From the human T2T-CHM13v2.0 reference genome, Homo sapiens, in assembly GCF_009914755.1 (NCBI RefSeq), contig NC_060936.1: DNA of 64,000 nucleotides. One strand, given 5' to 3'. Numbering within the stretch: the stretch's first letter is position 1; every line of letters begins with the position of its first letter. The notes beneath the pieces were generated by a model that saw only the letters and a list, made by a program, of their open reading frames with translations, made no database searches and was not told where the DNA came from. Shown here in pieces: positions 35,942-50,327 of the stretch. The translations under genes were made by a program, and so were the position numbers.

Positions 35942-38900
35942 TAGTAGAGATGGGGTTTCACTATGTTGGCCAGGCTGGTCTTGAACAGCTGGCCTCGTGA
36001 TCCACCCACCTCGGCCTCCCAAAGTGCTGGGATTACAGGTGTGAGCCACCATGCCCAGCCAAGACAGACACTTTAAATTAAATTATAGTAATTTACTTAA
36101 ATAGAGAAATAAATATACACAATATGTGTGTTTTTTTTTTTTGAGACGGCATCTTGCTCTGTTGCCCAGGCTGGAGTGCAATGGCGTGATCTCGGCTCAC
36201 TGCAACCTCCGCCTCCCAGGTTCAAGGATTCTCCTGCCTCAGCCTCCTGAGTAGCTGGAATTATAGGTGCAAGCCACTGCGCCTGGCTAATTTTTGTATT
36301 TTTAGTAGAGGCGGGTTAACCATGTTGGTCAGGCTGGTCTTTAACTCCTGACCTCGTGATCCGCCCACCTTGGCCTCCCAGAGTCCTGGCATTACAGGCA
36401 TGAGCCACCATGCCTGGCCCACAGTATGTTTTAAAGGAAGAACAGGGATTTATGTAAACCCATATCAAGGCACTGGAAATTAGAATTGGAAGGGAGAATG
36501 GTTGGAAAATCATGTGATAGAGTTTTTAAAATTTATTTTATATTTTCAGCTTTATTAAGGTTTAATTGACAAAAGCCTATAATAACAAATTAAACCTTAA
36601 TAGTTAGTATACATTTATGGGTTGATAGTATATATTTATGGCATGAAACATAATGTTTTACTGCATGTATACATTGTGCAATAATTAAATCAAGCTAATT
36701 AACATATCCATGATTTCATATGCTTATCTTTTTTTATGATGAGAATAATTTAAGATCTACTCTCTTAGAAGTTTTCAAGTATACATTATATTATAAATTT
36801 TATAGTCACCATGCTGTACAATAGATCTCCAGAACGTAAATCCTCCTGTCTAACTGAAATTTCATACCCTTTGATGGGCATCTCCCATCAGTCACTATTC
36901 TGCTCTCTGTTTTTATGAGTTTGACTTTTTTAGATTCCACATATAAGTGAGATCATGCAGCATTTGTCTTTGATTAATGTTTGCATGATGTAAATTTTTG
37001 CATCCATTTACTTTCTACCTGCCTATATCTTTATATTTGAAATGAATTTCTTATAGACATCATATATTTGGGTCATGTTTTTAAGTCGACTCTGCCAAGA
37101 TTTCTTTTAATTATTTTATTTGGCCCATTTACATTTAATGTAATCAATAATATGTTAAGTCTTAAGTTTGCCTTCTTGTTTTATTTTGTTTTCTGTTTGT
37201 TCTGTTTTTCATTTTTGTGTTTTATTTTTTATTTTTATGTTTTGCCTTCCTGTGGGTTACTTGAAAGTTTTGTAGAATTCTGTTTTGGTTTATCTACTGT
37301 ATTTGTAGTGTATCCCTATGTAATAGCTTTTAAAATTATTGCTGTAGGTGTTATATATACATAACTTATTATGGTCTACTGGAGTCATCATTTTACCAAT
37401 TCAAGCAAAGTACAGAAATGTTACTTCCGTTTATATTCCTTTATCCTCCCCAATTTATAATTGTCTTTTCAAAAAATTATTTGTTTTCCTCTTACTATCA
37501 TTCCCAGTAATTGTCTCTGTGTACATTTAGAACCACATCAGATAGTGTTGTAATTTTTGTTTTAACCATCAAATAGAAGTATGGAAACTCAAGAGGAAAA
37601 GAAAAGTGCATTGTAATTACTTACGTTTTTGCTTACCATATTCTTTCTTCCTTGGTAATGTTTCAGGGCTTCTCTTTTCCACCCCCGCCTTTCTGGTTAG
37701 AGAATGTCCTTGAGCCATTATCTTAAAGGGGTTTGCTGGGAAAAATTATATTCGTTTTCTATGATTTGAGAATATCTCAATTTCACCTTGATTCATAAAG
37801 GATATTTTTGCTGTATATAAAATTCTGGGATGTCAGTTATTTTCCTTCAGCACTAGAAAATTGTTGTGCCATATTTTTCTGGCTTTCATGGTCTCTGATG
37901 AGAAATACACTCTTCTTGGAATTGTTTTCTCCTCTATATAAGGTGTTTACCTCTCATTGCTTTGAAGACTTTTCCTTTCTCTTTAGTCTTCAGAAGTTTG
38001 ACTCTGATGTGTCTTGATGTAAATTTTTGTGGGGTTTTCCTCTTTGGAGTTCATTTAGCTTATTGATTCTGTTGGTTTATGTATTTTGGCAAATTTGCAA
38101 AGTTTCAGGTATTATTTCTTTGAGTACATATTCAGCTCTCTTTCTCCTTTCAGGATTCAAATGACAAAAATGTTGGATGTTCTGTTACATTCTCATGAGT
38201 CCCTGAGGCTCTATTTACTTTTTGTGGTCTATTTTTTTCTATTGTTCAGATTGAGTAATTTTTATTCTATTTTTAAGTTTACTGTTTTTTTCTTTTGTCT
38301 TCTACATTTTGCATTATACCTATACACAGTTTTTAAAATTTTTAATAAAATGATTTTCTAGTTATAAGTTTTCTATTTTTAAATATATGTTATTTTTTAG
38401 AGTTGTTTGGGGTTCACAGCAAAATTAAGCAGAAAATACAGAGAATTCCCATACATCTCTTCCTCCCACACATGCACAGCCTCTCCTACTATCAACATTC
38501 CACACCAGAGTCATACATTTGTTACGATTGATGAATCTACATCGACACATCTTTATCAACAAATGTCTATAGTTTACATTAGGGCTCATTCTTGATGTAC
38601 ATTCCATGGGTTTTGAAAAATGTGTAATGATATGTATCTACCATTGTAGTATCATACAGAATAATTTCGCTGCCCTTAAAATCCCCTGTATAGCTTTTTG
38701 TATCTTCTATTATTTTGCTGAGACTTTTAATTTTTTGTTTCAAATGTGTTTATAATTTCTCATTGAAATATTTTTTTGATAGCTGCTTGAAAAAGATCAT
38801 TCTAACATCTCCATACCTCAATGTTGGCATCTATTGATTGTCTTTTTCATTCAGTTTGAGTTCTGTATGTTCCTTGAAATACTGTGATTTTCTATTGAAA

Positions 38901-40604
38901 TCTGGACATTTGAGTATTATGCAATGAGACTGTAGATTTTATTTTAACCTTCTCTTTTGTCCTTGAACATCACTCTGGCAGAGAAAGGGAGGAGCACTGT
39001 CTCATTGCTGCCAGGTAGAAGAAATCTAGGTCTCCCACTCAGCCTCTGCTGGCATCCAGTGTAGATGCTCCTCATTCCTGCTGTGTAAGAGTGGAAATTC
39101 TAGCTGCCCATGAGGTCTTCACTGATAACTCCTTAGCTGGGAGGAATTGGAGTACCTGCACCCTGGGTGGCTTCCCCTGATGCTGTGGTGAGAGTATGTT
39201 TTCACGGCTTTAATATTACTGACTGGGTGGTTGGGGAAGTCCTGATTCTCTAGTAGGACTCTGTTGTCACGACCCCAGCGGGTAGTGGTAGGGGTGCCTA
39301 GTTACTGTCATGTGGGAGTAAAAGTTCAGGTTCCCATCTAGTCTCCACTAACAACCTGGGTGAGTGTGTGTGTGTTGTGGCGGGGGGAGCAGGTGCTTAT
39401 CACCCAGTGAAGATAAAATTTCTGACTCTCCACTTGGCCCTCTCTGATACCATCCCGGGGTGGGGGCCTTTGGAGGACCTTCTGACAGCCTGGCAAGGAT
39501 GTAAATCTGGGATTCCACTCAGCTTTTGCTGCTGGTGGTGGTGGTAGAGCTAATTTTTTTCCGTGATATTTGGCTGGAATACAGCAGTTCTTATCTAAAA
39601 GTTTTCTTACTAAGCTGCCCTTTCCTAGTCCTCTGGATAGAGACAGCAGGCTTTTGTTGGGAATTGTTTTGTCTGCACCTGTAGTGTTTCCAGACTGCCA
39701 CTTTCTTCAGTTCCACATCTGGGATATATGAGGCCAGAGGAAGACCTAGGAAACTCACGACTATGTTATTCACTGCATTCTAAGTCTCCTCATTTGTCTG
39801 TGTTTTTCTCTCCACCTCTCAGAGTCTTCTTATGTTTGTTTTATATATAATATCCAAGGTTTCTGGTGTACTTAGCATGAAGAATAGGAAAAAGTACATC
39901 AACTCTATTTTTGTGGAAGTGGAAGTCTACCATTGAATTTTGCTATAATTTTCTTCCTTTACACCATGACTTCATTTCTAGATCCTTAGCTTGCAGATAG
40001 CTTAGGTGGGGAGGCCAAGAAATTTTTCTATGGCATTCAATTAACTGATAAATAAACAGTTAAAGAACAGAGATTGCAAGAGCTCTTCTCCAGTTTTGAG
40101 AGGATGGAGGAAAGGAGGTTAGCTGTGAGTGGCATTACTGGCTAAGTGCAAAGCTCATCTATGGATATGAGGGTTAAAGAGAAGAAAGGAGGTAACAAGG
40201 AAAGTGGGCAAAGAATATTTACCTGTATGACTTATCTACAATAATGGACGAGTACTTAAATTGTAAATAATGCAAGCAAGACTCTTATTTTGTCAATATA
40301 TTATTTAGTCTTCTTTATATATAAAACACAAAATTTATTTTGACATACAAAGTGAATTTTGTAATAATAGTGTGACAACTAGAAGGTAAAAAGAAAAATA
40401 TGACAACTTCAGACTTAGGTACCTAAGATTCTGTGTTTCCAGTATCAAATTAATGTAAGTAATGGAAGCTTTGATTTCACAGCACAGTATCTTGTGTGAA
40501 GTTATTTAAATAATTTTGAAAGACATTGCAAATCATATCAAAGAGGATTCATTAGGCATGTGATACTCAGTAGAATCAATATAAACCATGTTACTTATTA
40601 TATT

Positions 40605-40677
40605 TTATCTTGATTTTCTATATTCCCATAATAATTCAATTAAACGCTCTGCTCTCACACTACCAGTAGATGCATAC
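40605..40677 (-). pseudogene. Candidate C-terminal exon (5' half) of domain D2
   Basis: cttctttcttcctat|G (AG>AT), then YASTGSVRAERLIELLWEYRKSR* aligns ungapped to C-x3-GS-x10-C-xxMxGRY. Confidence 0.35.
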
Positions 40678-40798
40678 ATAGGAAGAAAGAAGTTTATACC
40701 ATGGTTAATATATTTATTCTAGGGTCCCAGAATATTCTTTTTTTTTTTTCTTTTTTCAGATGGAGTCTTGTTCTGTTGCCCAGGCTGCAGTGCAGTAG

Positions 40799-40963
<165 letters not shown>

Positions 40964-41355
40964 TGACCTCAAGTGATCCTCCCTCCTTGGCCTCCCAAAG
41001 TGCTGGGATTACACCCAGCCCCAGCATATTCTTTTAATCATATTCATTTGCTTATGGTACAGGCACTTAAGTTTTTTAGAATCCTTAATGTCTCATAATG
41101 TTACCATCTTGAATTGTGTAAAAGTTTAATATCTAAATATGCTAAACAAAATATGCTGAAGAAGAAATTAAGCTTAATGTGTAATGAATGACAAATGGAA
41201 AAGGTGGCTTATGACGTACCTTAGAAAATATTCCCTAGAAATGTGTAGAAAAGAGAATGATGATGTCTATAGACAAAATTTGTCAGAAGAAATGAGTCAG
41301 TTAGGTCAGCCAGTCAGTAGATTGGCTGAGAATCAGTAGATCTGTTAAATGACTG

Positions 41356-41357
<2 letters not shown>

Positions 41358-41395
<38 letters not shown>
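41358..41395 (+). repeat. (GT)n microsatellite
   Basis: Direct reading. Confidence 0.97.
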
Positions 41396-41396
<1 letters not shown>

Positions 41397-41499
41397 AGTC
41401 AGGGGGTAGATAGTAAATTCTAATAAAGAATATTTAGCCCATTTGTTATTAGACTAGTTCACCCAATAATGAAAATTGTAATCCTCCAAGTACAAAAAC

Positions 41500-43780
41500 A
41501 ATGTTATAAAAAACTAAATGAGCAGCTCATGGAGGTCACACAGATGCCTAAGCTCAACATGTCCATAATTTAACAACTTTCATCCCTTATTCTGCTATTT
41601 CTTCAGCAATTTTTTTCTTGGATATATAGCTCTGCCATCTGTGTTAGCCAACCCAGAGACTTTCTTTCTTCCCCCATATCCAAGTTATAAAAATCTTACC
41701 TGCTTTAACGCATCTCTGATCACTATTCTCAAATTCTCTGCTTCAGTCACACTGAGATTTTTCTCTTTCCCCTGGGCCTTCCCTCTTTGGGACATGTTCT
41801 CTCTATCCCCATGAATTCTTGTTAGTAAGTTTAAAGTGAGCCTAAGCATCTGTGTTGTTAGCAAAATTTTCAGACGATTTTACACCCAGTCCAAGAATCA
41901 TTTTATTGAGACATTCCAGTTACTTACTTTGTGCATCTATACTTCTGTCTTCTCCTTTCCTCTTGCTTCAGTGATGGATCCATCCCTGCTTGTTTAAGAT
42001 CAACGCCTCCATCTGCATCTGGATGGCATCCCATCTCTCCCACTCAACACATTGTTCCTGCAATTGCTCCCTCTCTCTAATGCAGCATCAATTCTTCTCT
42101 CTCTACTTGATGATTCCACCAGCATACGGACATGCTGCCATGGCTTCCTATTTTAAGCAAAATAAACAAAATACTCTCCAGATGCCTCTCTTTATGGACT
42201 CTTTAAATCACTGCCTATATTTATTGCCTTCCTTTTCTCAACTCACATTCTCTTTAAACTCACACTGACCAATCTTTCAGACCCTCCACTTCTTGAAAAT
42301 TACTCTTGTTAATGTGGCCAATGACGTGTATTAACACCCATACTGATACTCAGTTCACAGTTGAAACATTTTTTTCTTATAAATGTTTTCTTTACATTTA
42401 TGGTCTCTAGATGTTGAGGTGGCTCAGGGATCATCTATTTATTTATTTTTATTTATTTTTCTTTTTTTTTCTTTCACCTGTCAGCTCATACCTAGCCGTC
42501 TTCTATTTTTTAGGTATGCTCACTTCCTTGATGATCTCGTAGAGCTCAAAGCCTCAAATACGATCTATATGCTGGTGACACTGATATATATATATATATA
42601 TTTCCAGCTTTGACCTTTCCCCTAACCTCAAGAATTTTATGTACAACTGCCTACCTGACATTTCCACCTGGATGTCTAATACAAATTTTCAGTTTAACAT
42701 GTCCAAAACCACACTCCTGTTTTTCTCTGCCCCCTTCTTAATCCTGCTCCTCCCCTAGTCTTCCCCACATCAATAATGACAAGTACATCCCTTCACAACT
42801 CTAGTTTCTCAAGCTACAGTTAACTCTTCTTTCTCTTTTATACTGTACATCTAATCCCTCTCTAATTTCCAATAGGTTGGCTTTACCTTCAAAATACATC
42901 CAGAATCCAACTGCTTCTCACCATTGCTATTGCTACCACTCTGGTTCAAATGACCATCATCTCTTGCATTCTTGCACCCTATAGGTTATGCTCCTTACAA
43001 CAGATAAAATGCCCCTTTTAAATCATAATTCAGATTATATTACCTCTTAGTTCAAAACCCTTCAGTGGCTCCCATCTCATTTACAATAAGGGTAATGCTT
43101 TTCCAGTAGTTCCCAATATTTCAAGCTAACAGACCCTCTGATCTCATGTCCTACCATTGTTTCCTTCACCAAGTCTGCTTTAGCTTCACTGGCCTTCTGG
43201 ATATTTCTTCAACACACTAGACGTGTTATGAACTGAATGTTTGTGTCTCCCTAAATTAATATGTTGAAGCCCCTTTCTCCAATGTGATGATATGTGAAGA
43301 TGAGGCCTTTGGGAGGTAATTAGGGTTAGATGAGATCATAAGGGTGGGACTTTCATAATGGGATTAGGGCCTTTGTAAGAGGAGACACCGGAGAGCTTGC
43401 TTTCTCTTTTTCTCCTGCTCATGCATGCAGTAAGAAGGTTATGTGAGCACAATGAGATGACAGCCACCTATAAGCCAAGAGACCAGGCCTCAGAATAAAA
43501 CCTACCATGCCAGCACCTTGATCTTGGACTTCCAAGCTTTCAGAACTATGAGAAATAAATTTATGTTGTTTAAGCCACCCAGTTGATGGTGCTCTGTGAT
43601 GGCAGCCTGAACTAAGTAGTACAGAATGGTCCCATTTCATAGCTTTTGCACTTGCCACTCTCCTACCTTGAATACTCCTCTCTCATATACTTCATTGCTC
43701 ATTTTCTCACCTCCTTCAGGCTTTACTCAATGTTGCTTTAGTAAAGTCTTCTCTGACCGCTCTATTAAAAATTGCAACCC
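41500..43780 (+). mobile_element. Fragmented L2 with inserted MLT1A-type LTR (43224-43617)
   Basis: Pyrimidine-rich L2 3' region (ATCTATATGCTGGTGAC..., AACATGTCCAAAAC); TGTTATGAACTGAATG LTR start. Confidence 0.7.
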
Positions 43781-43902
43781 CTGCCAGGTGCGGTGGCTCA
43801 CACCTGTAATCCCAGTACTTTGGGAGGCTGAGACAGGTGGATCACCTGAGGTCAGGAGTTCCAGACCAGCCTGACCAACATGGTGAAACCCTGTCTCTAC
43901 TA

Positions 43903-44061
<159 letters not shown>

Positions 44062-44130
44062 TCAAAAAAAAAAAAAAATTGCAACCCCTTCCCCCACCCT
44101 GTCTGACTGTACTGTATTTAGAGCTATTTG

Positions 44131-44155
44131 GCACATGCGCGTGCGCGCGCGCACG

Positions 44156-44189
<34 letters not shown>
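44131..44189 (+). repeat. (CG)n(CA)n alternating purine-pyrimidine tract (Z-DNA-prone)
   Basis: GCACATGCGCGTGCGCGCGCGCACGCACGC(AC)n. Confidence 0.9.
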
Positions 44190-44190
<1 letters not shown>

Positions 44191-44825
44191 CTGATTTTTT
44201 TCTGTTTATTCCCAGTTGAATGTTATGTCCATGACAGCAGGGATTTTTACCTATTGTGTCTGCTGGTGTAGTCCCAGTAACTAAATTGGTGATGGCACAA
44301 AAATGGAAAGACAGTTATTTTTAAAGAGATGTTATTATTTATTTATTTTTTCTTTTTTTTAAATTTTACTTTAAGTTCTGGGATACATGTGCAGAACGTG
44401 CAGGTTTGTTACATAGGTATACATTTGCCATGGCGTTTAGCTGCCCTTATTTACTTTTTTTAAGATAGTAAGGCTGACTTGATTGGAGGAGGCCATGGCA
44501 GCAGCTATAGGAGCCATTGCAGTGGGGTCTTGCAGTGTGGGAGAGAGCTTGGACTCAAGTCCTTTAAAGAGATTTCAGAATAGGATAAAGAAACTGTGGC
44601 TCAGAGTGATCCTTAGATTTGTGTAAGTTCACATAAATAACAGTCATGGAAATTGCAATGAAAAGCTCTGTAATTCCATGTCTAATTCTCCCTGCCTCAT
44701 AGAATGCAGCCCTTCTAACTTCATTATGTTCTAATCTTGGAATGTAGACTACCTCTCAGGGTTGGTGAAAACAAAAAGGATAAGCATGCCATGATCCTTC
44801 TAGAACTCAAAACTTGGATTCGTAC

Positions 44826-45084
44826 CTGGGATTTAATGTGGTACCATTTTCAAATAAATCTCCAACTAGAATTATAGCTTCATTTGTTTATTCGTGGCAA
44901 CAATTTCTTTGGTTGGTGACTGAAGCAAATTTTTCTGAAAAGCCCAAATCCACCATATACCAGGGATCTGCCTCTCATTGGTTTTTGAATATATGTAATT
45001 TTTTCTAATACAATGGCTTTCTCAAGTGATCTGGATTGATTGAAGGTGATAGACTGAGTTATATGTTTCCTGTGAGACAACATT
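44826..45084 (-). pseudogene. F-type lectin domain, N-terminal exon remnant (domain D2)
   Basis: NV/SHRKHITQSITFNQSRSLEKAI...YIQ/..EADPWYMVDLGFSEKFASVTNQRNCCHE*TNEAIILVGDLFENGTTLNP(R). Phase-2 donor AG|GTACG. Confidence 0.9.
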
Positions 45085-45328
45085 AGAGATAATATTGAAA
45101 TATTAACTACATTAACTATGCAGTTGTAGCAATAATTAATGACCAACAGGAAATTAAAATACCTTGCAAACAGTTTACAGATAACAATAAAAAGGAAATT
45201 TTGTAGGCTTCTGGGTAATCATTACATTATTCTCATATTTATAAACTGTTTTTCCAAATAGATATTTTTAAGAAGTTAACAAAGTACTGTGAGTATATGT
45301 GCCAAATCAAATAGAACAAAATTTTTAC

Positions 45329-45468
45329 GATGTTTGCCCTCCTCAGTTCTGCTCCACATAGGCAATTTTAAGGTCTTTTGTAAGTTGAAAATATAAATGT
45401 CCTTCATCACTGCTTCTATGGGTTCTTTACATCTTTCACTCTAACGATATGCAACTTATATTGCAATT
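45329..45468 (-). pseudogene. Candidate C-terminal exon of domain D1
   Basis: Long pyrimidine tract with mutated AG (ttgcaa). Met falls at the expected codon 21 (MKDIYI ~ MxGRYV) and LCGAE ~ LCEVE follows. ~140 nt; very degenerate. Confidence 0.3.
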
Positions 45469-46056
45469 TTGCAAAAACAAAGGAAAAAACGTCTACCATG
45501 TGGCTAGCGTAAGTAGCTAGATTCTGCTATCCATTCTGCATGTAGCCATCTGCCTTGTGGGTATAATTGCAATGATCTACATTTCTCACATTGTTAGAGT
45601 TAGAAGTATGTGAAAAAGGTAAGTTTTATGGCTGACAAAATTGGATAGAGTTGATATATGTAACTTACATCTAGGGCTGGCACTACACATTAATTTTTTA
45701 ATTCTAGAAAAAGATGTAGTATATAATAATATGTATCAACTGCTTGGGTGATTTTGACTGAATTAATTGTTGTAAGCAAATTACTGGTAAATGTTATTAA
45801 ATGCCCATTTTACCTGCAAGAAATGAGTTTCATTTTAGCAAGCTGAAAGACCAACTTGATGAATATATTAAATATTCACTTGAGAATAGTGTATTTCCAT
45901 ATAGCTAGATTATACAAATGTTAAGAACGCTGTCTGCAGTTAATTCTTCAAACTATAAGTGGAAATAAGAACTACTGCTGAATGGGCATAAAATGATATG
46001 AAAGCTTAATGAGTTGTTAACTTGATATTTTTAACACTTAAAATTTCAACCCTTAC

Positions 46057-46338
46057 CTGGAATTTGTCTTGCCACTCTGAGCAAGTGAGTACCCAATTAA
46101 AATCGCAAGTGTCTTTATTTGTCCATGAATACATTCTCTTCAGTTGGTGACTGACACAACATTCATAGTCCATTTGGAACCCAAATCCATCATCCACCAA
46201 TGTTCAGTTTCTTCTGGGGTTTGACTAGACAGGCTTTTATCAAAGTCACTCACTAGAGAGCCATCACTTGCTCTGTCAGAAGACATCAAAGGATCACGGA
46301 GACTGGACTGGGTGGATGTTTTCCCGTGAGATTATATT
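46057..46338 (-). pseudogene. F-type lectin (fucolectin) domain, N-terminal exon remnant (domain D1)
   Basis: NI/SHGKTSTQSSLRDPLMSSDRASDGSLVSDFDKSLSSQTPEETEHWWMMDLGSKWTMNVVSVTN*RECIHGQIKTLAILIGYSLAQSGKTNS(R). Intact phase-2 donor AG|GTAAGG, one 1-nt frameshift near the start, TGA at 46140-46142. Confidence 0.9.
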
Positions 46339-46361
46339 GGACATGAAATGCAAAAATAAGT

Positions 46362-47339
46362 GATAGCCAAAGTGAGCTAGCATATACTTTCTCAAAGTAA
46401 TCAAAACTGGGCCAAAACCTTTACTGGTTGGTTTCCAAAAATCACTTGGCTTCTCCCATTCCTTGGACCTTTATTCCTCATCATTCTTCTTTTACTATTT
46501 GGTCCCTGCCTTTTTACCACTCTCATTAAGTTTATATCTTCTAGATTATAATGATTTCACCTATAGATGACCTTGCAAGCCCAATACCAGCCTGCAACAG
46601 CAACTTCCATTTACATGGGGCCTCTTGATGGAATCTGGTCCCCCACCATTCCTTCCACCCTGGCCCATGGACAAGTTTTTCATGACCCTTCATTTCCTTC
46701 ATGCAGAAGTAGCCAGACAGATTTGATGCTCCCCTTCACCGTGCTGTTTTCCCTTTCTGGAGACCCTAATAGGCAGCAGGTAGACAGGAGCATGAGGGTA
46801 TACAAAGGGTCAAAGATTTGACCAAGATATTTATTAGGGGAAAATGAGGAGAGCAAAGACCACCTGGTGGTGGCCATTAAGCAGACCATCCAGAGGCAAA
46901 ACTCCTTCTCTGAGGAATTTAGAAGTAATTACATGTCCCTATTATCTAAAGCTGGCATTGAGTACCTGACTTCTTTCCCAAAAATTTATAAGTAACAAAA
47001 ATTTCTATACATCTCTGGAATGCACACATGTCGAAACTCGTTGTGCAACCCTTGCTGACATCAAGGCACCAAAATGTCTACAAATGTAATTATTTATTAT
47101 GGCCTAGGTGGGTAATATGGCCCAAATTACCCTTAAGCTCCCTCTTCAAGGTCCATAAATGCCCCTAAGGAAAAATACATCGTGGTGTGCTCAGTCCTCT
47201 CTTGCTGAAGTGCCCCACTGCACTCTGCTGCAGTGTTCTTTCTATCTAATAAAACTTTCCCTTTCAAACCTATACTGCTGTGGGTAAATTCTTCTTTCTA
47301 CCTCCGAGCCTACCACCTTCCATTGCCGGGGCTCTGACA
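46362..47339 (+). mobile_element. Truncated ERV1 provirus: env TM remnant, PPT and MER84-like 3' LTR (46845-47339)
   Basis: TWLLPFLGPLFLIILLLLFGPCLFTTLIKFISSRL**; AGGGGAAAA|TGAGGAGAGCAAAGACCACCTGG...CTGACA. Confidence 0.8.
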
Positions 47340-47828
47340 CCTTGAGAAACAAATATAAAGAAGCTTTTATCAAAAAAAGCTTGGGAATCAATCACAGCAT
47401 TATGCAAATTGGCCATAAAAGCTGCAAGAAAAATTTGAAGAATCCTGTTTTGATATTGGTAAATTTCGAGTTGATTTTCAATTTATGCAATACTTCTTTG
47501 AAATCAATGTTAATAATACCAATTTAACACAACAGTTAGTGAATTTACTTAACCTGGATGGAACTAGTTTTGAATCTTATATGTTTTTACTTCAAAGTTA
47601 GATCAATTCTTTAAAATGATAAACAAGTTTTGTCAATATAAATGTCCATAGTAAAGAAAAAAAATTTTTTTTGTACTTGATTCAACTATTGAAACATTCT
47701 AAAGTATGTTTGAAATAACTTGGATATGTGAAACATTTTCAACTGTAAACTTTATGAAATCCAGTAAATTGAAAAGTCTCCTGATTGAGATGTATGTGTA
47801 AAATACACACTAGATTTCAAAAGCTTAG

Positions 47829-48206
<378 letters not shown>

Positions 48207-49283
48207 TGAGTCAAGTAAAATATATTTGAAAAATTAATTTTACCAATTTCTTTTTTCTTTTTTAAAATGGGTACTAGAAAGTTTTAAATTACACGTGTGG
48301 CTCACATAACAGCACTACATTTTTATTGAGCAGCTCTGTTCTAGATTAGTTCATGGCTGGCTCCACACAAAACATGAACTATTTTAAAAAGACAATTGTC
48401 TAATTTAACAGTTGATTCTTTTGAAAACCCAGTTTTCTCCTGTTACGAAGAGGAACTAACTAACTAAAGAAAGAAAGAAAGCTGATTTCAGACTGAGGCT
48501 CCTTTATTTATTAGCATTATGTCTTTTGTCAAGTTTATTAACATCTTCAGTATAAATGAGGGCAATACGTTTATTTCATAGGAATGTCATGAGGATCAAA
48601 CTAAGTAAAGCAGATAATGTACTTAGCACAGTGCTGGGTACATAGTTAGCCCCACATCTGTGGTTAATGACTAAACCTGGAAATCAATGCCGGGCATGGT
48701 CGCTCATGCCTGTAATCACACTTTTGGAGGCCAGGGCAGGGTGATCGCTTGAGCCCAGGAGTTCAAGGCTGCAGTGAGCTATGATCATGCCATTGCATTC
48801 CAGCTTGGGTGACAGAATGAGACTCCAAATCTAAAAAAATTTAAAATAAAAATAGAACTGTAAATCAGTGAGGAACTAAACTAAAAAGTGATCAGAAAAA
48901 GAAGGAATGGATTTTTAGAACGTTCAAATGGAGACTAGATGTCAGGGTGGACAACAGAGGGCAACAGAGGGCGGGACAAGAATAGGAAAACTCCCAGGCC
49001 ACAAAAAAGGAAAATTAAATCTGTGAGAAAATTATTCAATTTTAAACATGTTGAGGAGTAGGTGACCGTGGAAATTTTAGAGGAGATAATATTTGGTAGA
49101 AAATCCAGGTTTGGAGCTAAGGAGATTGGTCTGAATTCTCAACAGAGACTTGGAGTCCATAGGTAAGAGGTAGTAGTAGGTGGAGCCATGGAAAGGTGTG
49201 AGATTACCCAGGGAATGTGTTGAGACACAATATAATAAAGAGACAGCTCACTGAGAAAGACAATCAGGACACCCTGGCATCTA

Positions 49284-50135
<852 letters not shown>

Positions 50136-50180
50136 CAAATCTGGAAGCAGAGGAATCAGGAACTTCTACAAGTGCACCAC

Positions 50181-50327
50181 CTGGTAACGTTTTACTGAAG
50201 ACTGACCTTTGCAGAGAGTTAAACATTTTGTACACCTGTAAGTGGTGATGGCCACATATCTCCCTTTCATCTCTTTTTATGGAAAAGTCTGTGGTCTTAT
50301 GAGCCCAAGGTAGGGACTGTAGCACAT
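50181..50327 (-). pseudogene. F-type lectin domain, C-terminal exon remnant (domain D0')
   Basis: Phase-2 acceptor aag|A, then CATVPTLGS./..[30 protein letters not shown]. Matches family C-x15-C-xxMxGRYV...LTLCEV. 147 nt, ends G|GT. Confidence 0.85.
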
